In this document: positions 10,220 through 19,961 of the stretch, in pieces
Position numbering within the stretch: the first letter of the stretch is position 1
How the letters are laid out: each line of letters starts with the position of its first letter
NCBI GenBank assembly: GCA_947632055.1
Contig: CANRNS010000001.1
Span: 2,047 to 66,046, forward strand
Source: an uncultured Akkermansia sp.
GTDB lineage: Bacteria; Verrucomicrobiota; Verrucomicrobiia; Verrucomicrobiales; Akkermansiaceae
Reading direction: 5' to 3'
DNA length: 64,000 nt
Notes under the pieces: model-generated
The model's database searches: none
Seen by the model: only the letters and a program-made list of their open reading frames with translations
Told to the model about the DNA's origin: nothing
Program-made: the position numbers and the translations under genes

Positions 10220-11026
10220 TTAAGCATAGGCTTCTCCTTTCCGTAGGGCCTTTTTACGGTACACAGGTATGCGGAAGAAACGCACACATACTTCTCCTGA
10301 GTCTTTTTCCTGTCGGACAAAAAAGAATCGAATCAAGGATGATAAAGCTCGATAGTGACGCATGAAGGGGTGTTTGCTACACATGGCTCTCAGTAGCTCC
10401 TTTGTTGCCATCCGGGTTTCCGAAGTCATGGAATTATCGCGTATGAGATAAACGAACAGAGGCTCCCGTACGCAGTAAAAACTTTTCCCCTCACCAATGA
10501 AGTTCATCCAAAATTCCCAATCTTCCAAGCCCTTGTTCATGACGGTATCGTAGCCCCCGTAACGTTCCCAATCCCTCTTGCGGAAGAGAGCGGAGGCGGA
10601 CAGACAATTGGCTCGCGACATGCTCAACTTGGTGGGCCTTACGTAGCGCATGATACCGGAGCGAGCTCCTGCGTAACGAGTGAGCGGATAGATAACATCC
10701 CCAAGGTGCCGCGCATTATATAGCTTTTCAAGACAGGAAGGCTCGATCCTATCATCGGAGTCCAATGGGAAAATCCATTCTCCTTTGGCCGCCTCTATAC
10801 CGCAGTTTCGTGCAGCGACTAGCCCACGATTTTCCTGCGTGAATACACGAATGCGAGAGTCGCGTGCCGCATAGTCCGCAAGGATGTCTCCGCTGCCGTC
10901 CGTGCTTCCATCGTTGATGCAAATAGCTTCCCAGTCCTCAAAAGTTTGGGCAAGCACACTGTCCAAGCACGACGAAAGATACTTTTCGTTGTTATAGACC
11001 GGGATGATGATGGATATTTCAGGCAT
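10220..11026 (-). CDS. Glycosyltransferase family 2 (first gene of the operon)
   Basis: ISIIIPVYNNEKYL, INDGSTDGS, ENRGLVAARN, LDSDD and EDWEFW motifs. Confidence 0.92.
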   Translation of the reverse strand: MPEISIIIPVYNNEKYLSSCLDSVLAQTFEDWEAICINDGSTDGSGDILADYAARDSRIRVFTQENRGLVAARNCGIEAAKGEWIFPLDSDDRIEPSCLEKLYNARHLGDVIYPLTRYAGARSGIMRYVRPTKLSMSRANCLSASALFRKRDWERYGGYDTVMNKGLEDWEFWMNFIGEGKSFYCVREPLFVYLIRDNSMTSETRMATKELLRAMCSKHPFMRHYRALSSLIRFFFVRQEKDSGEVCVRFFRIPVYRKKALRKGEAYA

Positions 11027-11101
11027 ACGGTGAACGCGAACATACCCGCATCCGAAGAACTATAAGCTTCCTCCACGAGTCCGCGCTGCCCCGATTATCT
11101 C

Positions 11102-11279
11102 TTTTTGAAAGAGATATACTGAAGACAATGGAATTAACTTATTGCATGTTAGGAACTCATGATATTTTGCAATTCAAAGTATCGTTGGATACGACCGACA
11201 ATCTCTCTAAGCTCAAATGATTCTTAGTGATTTTTATTCAAAAATATGTGATTTTAGGCTTGATAATCTCTTTCAAAAA
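11102..11279. promoter_or_regulatory. Putative invertible promoter segment bounded by a 14-bp perfect inverted repeat
   Basis: tttttgaaagagat (11102-11115) and atctctttcaaaaa (11266-11279) flank an AT-rich segment immediately upstream of the polysaccharide operon. Confidence 0.65.
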
Positions 11280-11396
11280 ACGATGCTCGTATCTCCTGCA
11301 TCAGAGCCAGAGCAAACGCATTTTTTCATGCGTTTGCCCTATTTTGAGGCATTCCAGACTATACAATGGGGTGCAGGTATGGTATATTGGCAGAGT

Positions 11397-14300
11397 ATGG
11401 GAGTACGAAAAGTTTTATCAATTTGCTCGGTCCTGACTGCGCTGGCTATGGCTTGTAATGTGGCTTCAGCTGCGCAAAGCGGCGACTTTGCCGCGTTGAA
11501 GGCTCACTGGAGTTTTGACGAAGGTCGCGATTGGCACTACATGCCGATGCCGTATAAGTACGATGGAGTGAAAGCCACTGAACTGACCGGTAAAGCTGAT
11601 GATCTGCTACTGAATGAGAAGCAGAAGGCCGATAATGAGGCCTGGGTATCGGGTCGCCAGCGTTCCGGCATAGGTCCCGGGCACGTGCTCACCACGACGA
11701 AGGAACTGCCCTGTCTGAATGGATCGGTGACTTTCTCCTACTGGACCCGCCTGTACGGCGAACCGAACAAGCGCGGAGTTGTCGGCTCCACGCCCCCCAC
11801 GCCCTCCACCCAGTGGGGTGTGATGAATGCAAAAGGTCAAGTTGGCATGCGAGTCAATGGTAAAAACATAGTTTTTTCTCCCACACCCATTACGGATACG
11901 GATTGGCACCACGTGGTCTTTACTCGCGATGAGGAAACAGGCAAGGTTGTTCTGTACTTGGATGGTAAAGAAGTAGCCACCGGCGACACGCCCGCAGGCA
12001 AACTCCCCGGGCAATTTACCTCCATGACCACCAACAATGCAGCGTTGGACCAGATTCATATCTTCGACAAGCCAGTATCCGCTAAAACCGTTGCCGCACT
12101 GTACGACAACCATGCACCCCAGGTGTTCAACCAAACTCATTTGGTGGAGAAATCCAAACCTTCCGTAACGGGCAGCATTCTGCACCAATTTACGTACGAT
12201 GTCGATCAAGACAAGCTGCGCGTGGCCAGCTATTCCCAACCCAAGGGGGGCAAGGTGAAAAGCAACGGCGATGGCACCTTCACCTTCACTCCCGGCAAAT
12301 CCTTCAAGAAAAAAGGTAAAACATCTTTTGACGTCATTGTAACGGATGACCGCGGTGGCTACACCAAAGCTACCATGTACCTGCAGGACAGCCGCCACTT
12401 GGTTGCCCCACCCGTGCGTGAGTTCCGCTACTTCAGCGCTCTGCCGGAGATTCCCGCCTCCGACGGCAATCAGATGAAGCACCGCAATCCCATGGTCATC
12501 AGGATTCGTGGCAAAAAGCCAGATTTGCTTATTCAAGCAAATTCCCGCCTGTGGTACTGCATGAACGAATCCAAGCCCGGCAAAATTCTCTTCTCCAAAC
12601 CGCAAATGCTGCGTACCACCAAGCAGGCCGACTTTGAGACAGACGGCGCTGCCGTGCTTGAAGGCAACAAACTCATTATTCGCAAGCCTGATGGTACCTT
12701 GACTATGGCGACAGTTGCGGGTAAAGACAAACCAGCCTTGGAGATTGGTAACGCCATCACCGATACCACCGGAGCAGCCATGAATCTGCCGGTTCGCCAC
12801 TTTGTGCTGATCGACTACGACCACGATGGGACCCCGGATATTGTAGCCGGATTCAACGACGGCCTCTACTACTTCAAGGGCAAAGCAAAGTACAGCAAAA
12901 CTTCCAACGACACCAAGAAAATAGTCAGCATCAGCTTTGCCCCGGAGAAACAGCTGGTGCACCTGGGGCTTTACAACATTTCACCCGGCGTGGGCGATAT
13001 CAACAACGACGGCCGCACCGACCTCCTGTACGGCATTAACTGGGGCACGCTTCACGTGTGGATCAACGAACCCGCTAAAGCCACTATTTCCGACGGCGCC
13101 TTCATGGACCTAACTCTGGAGGATCCACCGAACGAGAAGTTTTTGCGCAACCTTAACGGCGCCCACCTGGCCATAGCAGATTTTGACAATGATGGAACGC
13201 CGGACATGATTCTTGGCGGCAGCGCCAACAGTGATCTGGCAAGCGCTTTGGGCGTGAATCTCGACACATTTGCAGGCAACCTGGCTCTCATCGAGAAAGA
13301 GCTCTACAAGGGCCACGAGAATGATCTTGGCAAGGTGCTTGAGGCTGACGGGCAGAAAGGCCTCAATCGCTACCGCCAACTGATGAGCAACTGGATTCGC
13401 TGGGCTGTGGCACAGAACACTCCCGCCAAGCGCCAAGCCGCCTGGGATATGCTCGCCGCTCACGTGAAGAAGTGGCCCTTCTTGCAGCGCCGCGTGCTTG
13501 AGGATGCGTGGGTAAAAAAGGAAAAGGGCGAAGTCACCAGCTATGGCAAGATGCACCACGTTCCCGGCATCTTTGCCATGAACTGGGTTGTGCTTCGCCG
13601 CTTGCTGCCGGATTCCGCCAATCACCGTAAGGCCGTAGCTGATGCCCTGGGCATAACCGGACTGGGTCGCGAAGCTTATTTAGACAAAGGCATGCCCTTG
13701 GCTGACAACAACCGCTGCACCGAGGGACAACTGCGCGCCGTATGGGATTTGCTGCGCTACCATGCCCCTATCCTCTTCCCGGATGACCACATCTCCATCG
13801 GACAGAACTACGAGGACGGTCGAGATGCGATGTGCTACGTCTTTACGTCCAACAAAAACACCTTCTGCTCGGATGTAGGTAACAACGTCGCCGAAATGAA
13901 CGGCGACATGGTTCAATTGACAGAGGAATGCTTCGGAACTAAGGGCGCTGCGAATGGCGACTACTTCACCTTTGTGCTTTCCCACGAGGTGTGCCACTCG
14001 CTGGATGCTTATGTGAGAGAGCGCACCGCTAATGACTTAAAACGCCGCTGGGGCGACCAGAATTTCTACGCTGCCACCAATGCCGGCACCAACTCCGACA
14101 TCGTCGCCAATGAAACAGGCTGGTGGGATCTCGACCTCACCAAGGCTCGCTTTAAGGAGCGCGGTCTGTGGGATGGGAATAATGAAACTTGGAATGACGC
14201 ATGGAAAGAGTATTGGCAGAAGTGCCCCTACCGCAACAAGGTCTTCATGCGCGGTGATATAGATTGGTTCCTCGGCTCTCAGCAAGAAACCTTTTCTACT

Positions 14301-14648
14301 CAGGCGAATCACCACTGGGCCCGCTCCGAGGCCCGCCTCATTGGCGCCATTTTGCGCTACTTGCAGGGTTACAAGTCCAATATCAACGAGGTTGTCTTCT
14401 TTCTGGATGTCCTCTCTGCCGGTCAGAACAAGCTTCCCATGTTCCACCCCTGGGCCTCCGGCAAACCCGCCATCGTAAACTTCAACGTGGAATACGCTTG
14501 GCTCACCCGTAACGACAAAGGCTATATCACCGATATCCGCATCGGCGACCGCCACTACGGCTTCGAAGTAGATGAGCAAGGACGCGTCATCGGTCTGCGC
14601 ACCTACCCCTTCGCCGACAAAATTCAAGCCGCTGCAAAAAAACAATAA
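11397..14648 (+). CDS. Secreted multidomain protein: LamG/ConA-like + Ig/cadherin-like + FG-GAP repeats + C-terminal HExxH region
   Basis: Signal peptide from MGVRK (11397). AHWSFDEG, WHHVVFTRD...LYLDG (LamG); DVDQDKL...NGDGTFTFTP (Big_9-like); DYDHDGTPDIV, DINNDGRTDLL and DFDNDGTPDMI (FG-GAP); HEVCH at 13983-13997. Confidence 0.8.
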   Translation: MGVRKVLSICSVLTALAMACNVASAAQSGDFAALKAHWSFDEGRDWHYMPMPYKYDGVKATELTGKADDLLLNEKQKADNEAWVSGRQRSGIGPGHVLTTTKELPCLNGSVTFSYWTRLYGEPNKRGVVGSTPPTPSTQWGVMNAKGQVGMRVNGKNIVFSPTPITDTDWHHVVFTRDEETGKVVLYLDGKEVATGDTPAGKLPGQFTSMTTNNAALDQIHIFDKPVSAKTVAALYDNHAPQVFNQTHLVEKSKPSVTGSILHQFTYDVDQDKLRVASYSQPKGGKVKSNGDGTFTFTPGKSFKKKGKTSFDVIVTDDRGGYTKATMYLQDSRHLVAPPVREFRYFSALPEIPASDGNQMKHRNPMVIRIRGKKPDLLIQANSRLWYCMNESKPGKILFSKPQMLRTTKQADFETDGAAVLEGNKLIIRKPDGTLTMATVAGKDKPALEIGNAITDTTGAAMNLPVRHFVLIDYDHDGTPDIVAGFNDGLYYFKGKAKYSKTSNDTKKIVSISFAPEKQLVHLGLYNISPGVGDINNDGRTDLLYGINWGTLHVWINEPAKATISDGAFMDLTLEDPPNEKFLRNLNGAHLAIADFDNDGTPDMILGGSANSDLASALGVNLDTFAGNLALIEKELYKGHENDLGKVLEADGQKGLNRYRQLMSNWIRWAVAQNTPAKRQAAWDMLAAHVKKWPFLQRRVLEDAWVKKEKGEVTSYGKMHHVPGIFAMNWVVLRRLLPDSANHRKAVADALGITGLGREAYLDKGMPLADNNRCTEGQLRAVWDLLRYHAPILFPDDHISIGQNYEDGRDAMCYVFTSNKNTFCSDVGNNVAEMNGDMVQLTEECFGTKGAANGDYFTFVLSHEVCHSLDAYVRERTANDLKRRWGDQNFYAATNAGTNSDIVANETGWWDLDLTKARFKERGLWDGNNETWNDAWKEYWQKCPYRNKVFMRGDIDWFLGSQQETFSTQANHHWARSEARLIGAILRYLQGYKSNINEVVFFLDVLSAGQNKLPMFHPWASGKPAIVNFNVEYAWLTRNDKGYITDIRIGDRHYGFEVDEQGRVIGLRTYPFADKIQAAAKKQ

Positions 14649-14837
14649 CGGCTCATCCTGAGCGCCAGGGCAATTCCGCTCGGCTTTTGCTTCGCCTCTC
14701 GCGTGCAGTGCGCTCACCTTCCAAATCGTAATTCGTCATTCGCATATCATCAACTCTTTGCGTTGATCGACCTACCGTTAACTACCCATTAGGAATGCTT
14801 TTTTAGGGGACTGATGCGGCTTTGCCATTTCTTCTGC

Positions 14838-14865
14838 TTGACAAAGAAGTCAGATCTGCTAGGAT
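14838..14865 (+). promoter_or_regulatory. sigma70-like promoter of the sulfatase
   Basis: TTGACA-16-TAGGAT with an extended -10 TG; ends 7 nt before the ATG. Confidence 0.65.
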
Positions 14866-14872
14866 ACGGGCG

Positions 14873-16618
14873 ATGAAAAGCTTATATTTGAGCATCTTTG
14901 GAATGGTATTAGCGGCGACTTCCGCCATGGGAGAGCAACAAGCCCAACGACCCAATATCTTGTTCATCATCACCGATGACCACGCTGTACAGGCGCTGGG
15001 AACTAGCGACAAGGATTCTCCTGTGCCACTGCCCGGCTTCCGCCGATTGGCGCAGGAGGGCATGGTCTTTGACCGGGCGTACTGCGCGAACTCGCTGTGC
15101 GGCCCTGCACGGGCGAGCATGCTAACCGGACGCCATTCCCACCACAATGGCTTCATGTTTAACATGCGGTATGATAAGCCAATGACACCTTTTGACGGCA
15201 GTCAACCGACCTACCCTAAGATGTTGCAAGCTGCGGGTTACCAGACCGGACTCATTGGAAAGTGGCATCTCTTCTCGCGCCCCACGGGTTTCGACACCTG
15301 GCAGGTTTTCCCCGCCCAGGGCGACTATTGGGATCCTGAGTTTTTGACGGACACACCCACCGGCAAAAACTTCCTGAGCTACCGTGCGCGTGGGTATGTG
15401 ACCGACTTGCTCACGTCCAAGGCGATCGATTGGCTGGAACAACGCGACAAGTCACGTCCGTTCGCCCTGGTGCTAGGTCACAAGGCTCCTCATCGCAACT
15501 GGCTGCCAGCGCCGCGCCACCTGCAAAAGATCAAGGAGTACGTTGCCAAGCTCACCCCTCCTTCCACCCTGCAGGATGATTGGAAGGACCGACCTGCCTT
15601 CATGAGTCTGACGCGCCAAAGCGTGAGTCGTGACTTATGCAACTGGAATGACTCGCATTTGCAGGCGGACCTCATCCCCTTTGACGTGATGAAGGAAATT
15701 GTGCCCAAGAAGGCGCTCAAGAAAATGGTGGATGCGGGCAAGTTTGCCGGACAAATCCCGGCAGACTTCGATTGGGAAAAGCATACGCCCAAGTACGCTC
15801 CGGAAACGAACTATGGTGACGGATTGAGCCATGTTGAACAAGGCGTACTGCCCATCTACCGAGAATACTACGCAACGCGAACACGCGAGTTTGTGGACGA
15901 GATGCGCAGCGGCAAAATAAAGAGCTTGGCGGACGTCACCGAACGGCGCTGGCGCTGGTACATGGAAGATTATCTGGGCACCCTGCTGGCGGTTGACGAG
16001 TCGATCTCCGCGATTTTGGACTACCTGGATCAACATGGGCTCTCGGAAAACACATTGGTGATCTACGTAGGCGACCAGGGCTTCTACTTGGGCGAACACG
16101 GCTTGTACGACAAGCGCTGGATTTTTGAGGAAAGCATGCGTATGCCCCTCATCATGCGCTGGAAGGGGAAGATACCCGGCGGCGTGCGCAGCCACGCGAC
16201 GGTGCAGAATATCGACTACGCGCCCACGATTGCGGAAGTAGCTGGAGCCGACACCCCAGAGAACAAAGCCAGCTTTGATGGCGTCTCTCTCGTGCCCCTC
16301 TTTGCTACGGGAGAAAATCCCAGCTTTGCGGGGCGTGCACTCTACTACGCTTTCTACGAAAACCCGGGCGAGCACAACGCCCCTCTCCATGACGGCGTGC
16401 GCACCGATCGCTACACCTTCGCGCACATCCTTTCGCTCACCCCGGAGGAAAAGAAGACCGGCATCCGTAAGACGGAGGATGAGTGGTTGCTCATCGATAA
16501 TGAAAAAGACCCGCAGCAACTGCATAACTTGGTCAATGATCCCAACTACAAGGAAGTTTTCCAAAAACTCAAGCAGGAATACGAAAAACAGCGCGCCAAA
16601 TACAAAGCAACGCTCTAA
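14873..16618 (+). CDS. Secreted Cys-type sulfatase
   Basis: Signal peptide; RPNILFIITDDH; CGPARASMLTG (CxPxR); GKWHL; DQGFYLGEHGLYDKRW. Confidence 0.93.
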   Translation: MKSLYLSIFGMVLAATSAMGEQQAQRPNILFIITDDHAVQALGTSDKDSPVPLPGFRRLAQEGMVFDRAYCANSLCGPARASMLTGRHSHHNGFMFNMRYDKPMTPFDGSQPTYPKMLQAAGYQTGLIGKWHLFSRPTGFDTWQVFPAQGDYWDPEFLTDTPTGKNFLSYRARGYVTDLLTSKAIDWLEQRDKSRPFALVLGHKAPHRNWLPAPRHLQKIKEYVAKLTPPSTLQDDWKDRPAFMSLTRQSVSRDLCNWNDSHLQADLIPFDVMKEIVPKKALKKMVDAGKFAGQIPADFDWEKHTPKYAPETNYGDGLSHVEQGVLPIYREYYATRTREFVDEMRSGKIKSLADVTERRWRWYMEDYLGTLLAVDESISAILDYLDQHGLSENTLVIYVGDQGFYLGEHGLYDKRWIFEESMRMPLIMRWKGKIPGGVRSHATVQNIDYAPTIAEVAGADTPENKASFDGVSLVPLFATGENPSFAGRALYYAFYENPGEHNAPLHDGVRTDRYTFAHILSLTPEEKKTGIRKTEDEWLLIDNEKDPQQLHNLVNDPNYKEVFQKLKQEYEKQRAKYKATL

Positions 16619-16701
16619 AAGTTGACGGCAACGTCATCATGAGTGCCCCCAACGCAGTCTATTTGCTTGCCTCAGGTACGCTACGTGATAAGATGGTACG
16701 C

Positions 16702-17421
16702 ATGAGTCCATGGAAAAGAATGATACTGGCGGCTCTGCTGCTGACGGGCAGTATCGGGGCATGCGGACGAGCGGAAAACGCGGCGGATGACCTGCTGTCG
16801 AGCATGCGCAAGATGATGGTGAGCCAAGGGAATCGGGATGTGCTGGGATCTATCCGCAAGGGCAGCTTGAAAGTGCCCTTCAGTCTGAGCGCGCGGGGAG
16901 ATACCATTGCCTTTCAGTACAAGCAAGGCGATGCGTGGAAACGCTTTGACGTGCGCATTGGAGAGAAAAGAGCAGAGCTGATGCACGTCAATGGGGGCAA
17001 GGCGGTTGTGATGGCGCCGGGAACGTATGCCCAGCCGATAGCCGACACGGATGTCACCTACGAAGACCTCTCGCTGCGCTTTCTCTACTGGAAAGGTGGG
17101 ACCATCTTGCCGGATTCAGCCGATTCCCGCATCAAAGGACGCGATTGCTACATTGTCCAAGCTGCCAATCCTTCACCGGGAGTCGGTCAATTTGCCACCG
17201 TACGCATGTGGATTGACAAGGAGAACGGAACTGTGTGGCAGGTGGACGGCTACGGGGCAAACGGAAAACTCAAGAAACGCTTTTCCATCACATCGATCCA
17301 ACGTCTCTCAGATGGCACCTGGTTCTTCAAGCAAATGAAAATGGAAGTGCGCAACCCGCAAAATGACAGGCGTACCATTGCTTTGGACTACCTGGAGATG
17401 GACGATATCCCCAAGAAATGA
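16702..17421 (+). CDS. Outer-membrane lipoprotein-sorting (LolA-like) protein
   Basis: Signal peptide; IADTDVTYEDLS and VRMWIDKE motifs. Start inferred from TTGCCT-16-TAAGAT (16667-16694) ending 7 nt upstream. Confidence 0.7.
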   Translation: MSPWKRMILAALLLTGSIGACGRAENAADDLLSSMRKMMVSQGNRDVLGSIRKGSLKVPFSLSARGDTIAFQYKQGDAWKRFDVRIGEKRAELMHVNGGKAVVMAPGTYAQPIADTDVTYEDLSLRFLYWKGGTILPDSADSRIKGRDCYIVQAANPSPGVGQFATVRMWIDKENGTVWQVDGYGANGKLKKRFSITSIQRLSDGTWFFKQMKMEVRNPQNDRRTIALDYLEMDDIPKK

Positions 17422-17428
17422 CACGTTT

Positions 17429-17460
17429 TAAAAACGCCCGATCTCCGAAGAGACCGGGCG
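17429..17460 (-). terminator. Intrinsic terminator between convergent genes
   Basis: cgcccgatctc-cgaa-gagaccgggcg hairpin followed by a T-run on the minus strand. Confidence 0.7.
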
Positions 17461-17485
17461 AATGAAGTTTGGCGGGATGAAACGA

Positions 17486-19021
17486 CTAACGCTTCAAGAG
17501 ACTGTGTCCGGTCATCTCCACGGGTTGCGGAATGCCCAGCATAGCGAGCAGCGTGGGTGAAAGATCAGCCAACTTGCCGTTCTCCAGCTTCACGCTGTCT
17601 TGATCCGGACCGCAGTAGATGAGATCCACGAGATTCGTGGTATGGGCGGTATTGGGAGAGCCGTCGGGATTGATCATCTGCTCGCAGTTGCCGTGATCCG
17701 CGCAAATAAGGCAGCGCCCGCCCAGCTCCACAATGCGCTTCACGCACTTTTCAAGCGCCTTGTCCACCGCCTCGCATGCGGCGATACCCGCCTGCAGCAC
17801 CCCCGTATGCCCCACCATATCCGGGTTGGCAAAGTTCATGATGGCCACATCGTAATTGCCTATCGCCTCCACAAACTTGTCGGCCACCTCCGCCACGCTC
17901 ATTTGGGGCTTTTCATCGTAGGTAGCCACCTCACGCGGTGAGGGTACCAAAATGCGATCCTCGCCTTCAAACTGCGTTTCCACTCCCCCATTGAAGAAGA
18001 AGGTGACGTGAGCGTACTTCTCCGTCTCGGCAATGCGCAGCTGACGCAGACCTGCCCGCGAAACAACCTCACCGAAAATATTGGCGAGCTTTTCCTGCTC
18101 GAAAACCACGGGCGAGGGATAGCAAGCCTCGTATTCGGTCATGGTGATGTAATGGACCTTGGGGTGCACCTCGCGGTCAAAGCCATCAAAGTCATCGTAG
18201 ATGAAGGCGCGAGAGAGCTCACGAGCGCGGTCGGCGCGGAAATTGATGAAGAAGACCACATCCCCATCGTGCACGCGCGGCTGGTTCGCCTCACAGAAAA
18301 CGGCGGGCTCCAGGAATTCATCCGTTGTGCCCGATTCATAACTCTTTTTAGCGTACTGGGCGGGGGTGCAGGTGCATAATTCTCCACGCCCCAACACGAT
18401 GGAATCCCAGCCTTTTTTCACGCGCTCCCAACGTTTATCCCGATCCATAGCATAAAATCGGCCTACCACGGTGGCAATGCGCGCGCCCACACCGTCGGCT
18501 GCCTCTTGCAGCCGGGTAAGGAACGTCTCGCCGCTCTTCGGGTCCGTATCGCGGCCATCCGTGATGGCGTGAATCATGATGTCCTTCACCCCGGACTGAG
18601 CAGCCAGTTTAATGATACCGAGGAGATGATCGATATGGGAGTGCACGCCGCCATCGGAAATAAGCCCGAGAAGGTGCAAACGATGATCCTTTGCCTTGGC
18701 AAAAGCTTCGGTGATGACCGGATTGGCGGCAAATGTGCCATCTTGAATGGCATTGGAAATGCGGCAGAGATCCTGGTACACAACGCGACCGGCCCCCAAG
18801 TTCAGGTGGCCGACCTCAGAGTTGCCCATTTGCCCATCGGGCAACCCCACCTCCTGCCCGCTTGCTCCGAGCAGCGAGTGCGGGCACGTAGCCAGCAGGT
18901 GATCCGTATAAGGTGTAGCAGCGAGCACGGTGGCATCGCCGGTCTTCTGCGCGGCCTCGGACCCCTGCGGGTTGCGGCCCCAGCCATCGCGTATGATCAA
19001 AACGACAGGTTGATGTGACAT
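17486..19021 (-). CDS. gpmI: 2,3-bisphosphoglycerate-independent phosphoglycerate mutase
   Basis: DGWG, GLPDGQMGNSEVGH, SDGGVHSH, GRFYAMDRDKRW, AETEKYAHVTFFFNGG and NPDMVGHTG motifs. Confidence 0.98.
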   Translation of the reverse strand: MSHQPVVLIIRDGWGRNPQGSEAAQKTGDATVLAATPYTDHLLATCPHSLLGASGQEVGLPDGQMGNSEVGHLNLGAGRVVYQDLCRISNAIQDGTFAANPVITEAFAKAKDHRLHLLGLISDGGVHSHIDHLLGIIKLAAQSGVKDIMIHAITDGRDTDPKSGETFLTRLQEAADGVGARIATVVGRFYAMDRDKRWERVKKGWDSIVLGRGELCTCTPAQYAKKSYESGTTDEFLEPAVFCEANQPRVHDGDVVFFINFRADRARELSRAFIYDDFDGFDREVHPKVHYITMTEYEACYPSPVVFEQEKLANIFGEVVSRAGLRQLRIAETEKYAHVTFFFNGGVETQFEGEDRILVPSPREVATYDEKPQMSVAEVADKFVEAIGNYDVAIMNFANPDMVGHTGVLQAGIAACEAVDKALEKCVKRIVELGGRCLICADHGNCEQMINPDGSPNTAHTTNLVDLIYCGPDQDSVKLENGKLADLSPTLLAMLGIPQPVEMTGHSLLKR

Positions 19022-19027
19022 GCGTCC

Positions 19028-19056
19028 AGTATACCACCTTTCTTCCAGGATGTGAA
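19028..19056 (-). promoter_or_regulatory. sigma70-like promoter of gpmI
   Basis: TTCACA-17-TATACT, ending 6 nt before the ATG. Confidence 0.6.
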
Positions 19057-19703
19057 GTCAAATGAAAGGCAGGCAACCCAAGGCAAATGCGTTAGAAAAT
19101 GTCGACTGCAAGAATAAATGCAACAGATGACAGAAAGAGTTGAAGCTATGGGAAGAGGGGGAGTAAAATAATGAGAGGAAGGATTGAACCTTATGCCAGA
19201 CGGATTCGGCAGGACCTTATTCGCGACTTGTTGGCATGCTTCCTTCCATCCATAGAACTCGCATGGGGAATGGGTGGAATGAGCCAAGAAGAGATTTTAT
19301 GGGAACGCGTGTGAGGTAATGTGCTTGCCTTTTCGAGCAATGCAGCTATAACGTGCGTCTTGGTACCATGGTCCATAGTGTCTTGTTTGGCTTGTCTTGA
19401 ACTTCATAGCGCCCTTCTTGTGCCAAGAACCTGTTGCATTTCATTTTCGCGATCCACAAAATCAGGGTCTCCGGCAAATTCTCTGAGACAGGTCATAAAG
19501 GGATAAAATAAAAAATTGGCACTTCAGCCTTGCATTCTCTGCAATACTCATTGCAGAATGGTGTTGTGATCAAGTCACTTTATGAATGCAATGGTTGGAG
19601 TGCCGATGAACCTATTTTGTGCGATGAGGGTGTACTTGTTAAGCTGCACGCGTCATTAGTTCCTGCTTCAATGAGGTTATCAACGGTATTCGTTACAAAA
19701 TAA

Positions 19704-19961
19704 TTCGGTGAGGATAGGAGCGTTACATCGCAGAAATTGGGGGATTACCTGTCCGACTGGATTCGGGAACTCGCAGGCAGGATATACGAGCAATATCGTG
19801 CTCTGGATGGAGTCCAGCTGATGAAGCTTCTTCACAAAGAATGTCAGGAATGGAGGGATCCTGACGGAAGTAGCGTTCCCATTTCTCTTTCCGATATTCC
19901 GGGGTGTTCGGCGAAGGAAGCGGAAGCCTTCGCGGCAAAGCTAAACGCTATGTCCAAATAA
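19704..19961 (+). pseudogene. Remnant of a Panacea/SocA (DUF4065)-like antitoxin, N-terminus lost
   Basis: LMKLLHKECQEWRDPDGSSVPISLSDI resembles the C-terminal H..EW.DP.GSS.PI motif of DUF4065 proteins; in-frame TAA at 19701 upstream. Confidence 0.55.

Noticed and set aside
11217-11396. ORF-track N-terminal extensions (also on purM, argF, dapA, panB, the YejA-like gene and the autotransporter)
   Set aside because: They run through promoter or IR sequence or neighbouring genes; downstream ATGs fit signal peptides and family N-termini.
11607-12962. 451-aa minus-strand ORF, and similar long antisense ORFs at 44610-46094, 61524-62852, 37014-38144 and 15635-16564
   Set aside because: Each lies opposite a well-supported gene and reflects codon bias; no recognisable domains.
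14724-14745. Degenerate heptamer repeats (aatcgta attcgtc attcgca)
   Set aside because: Only three imperfect intergenic units; no functional inference possible.
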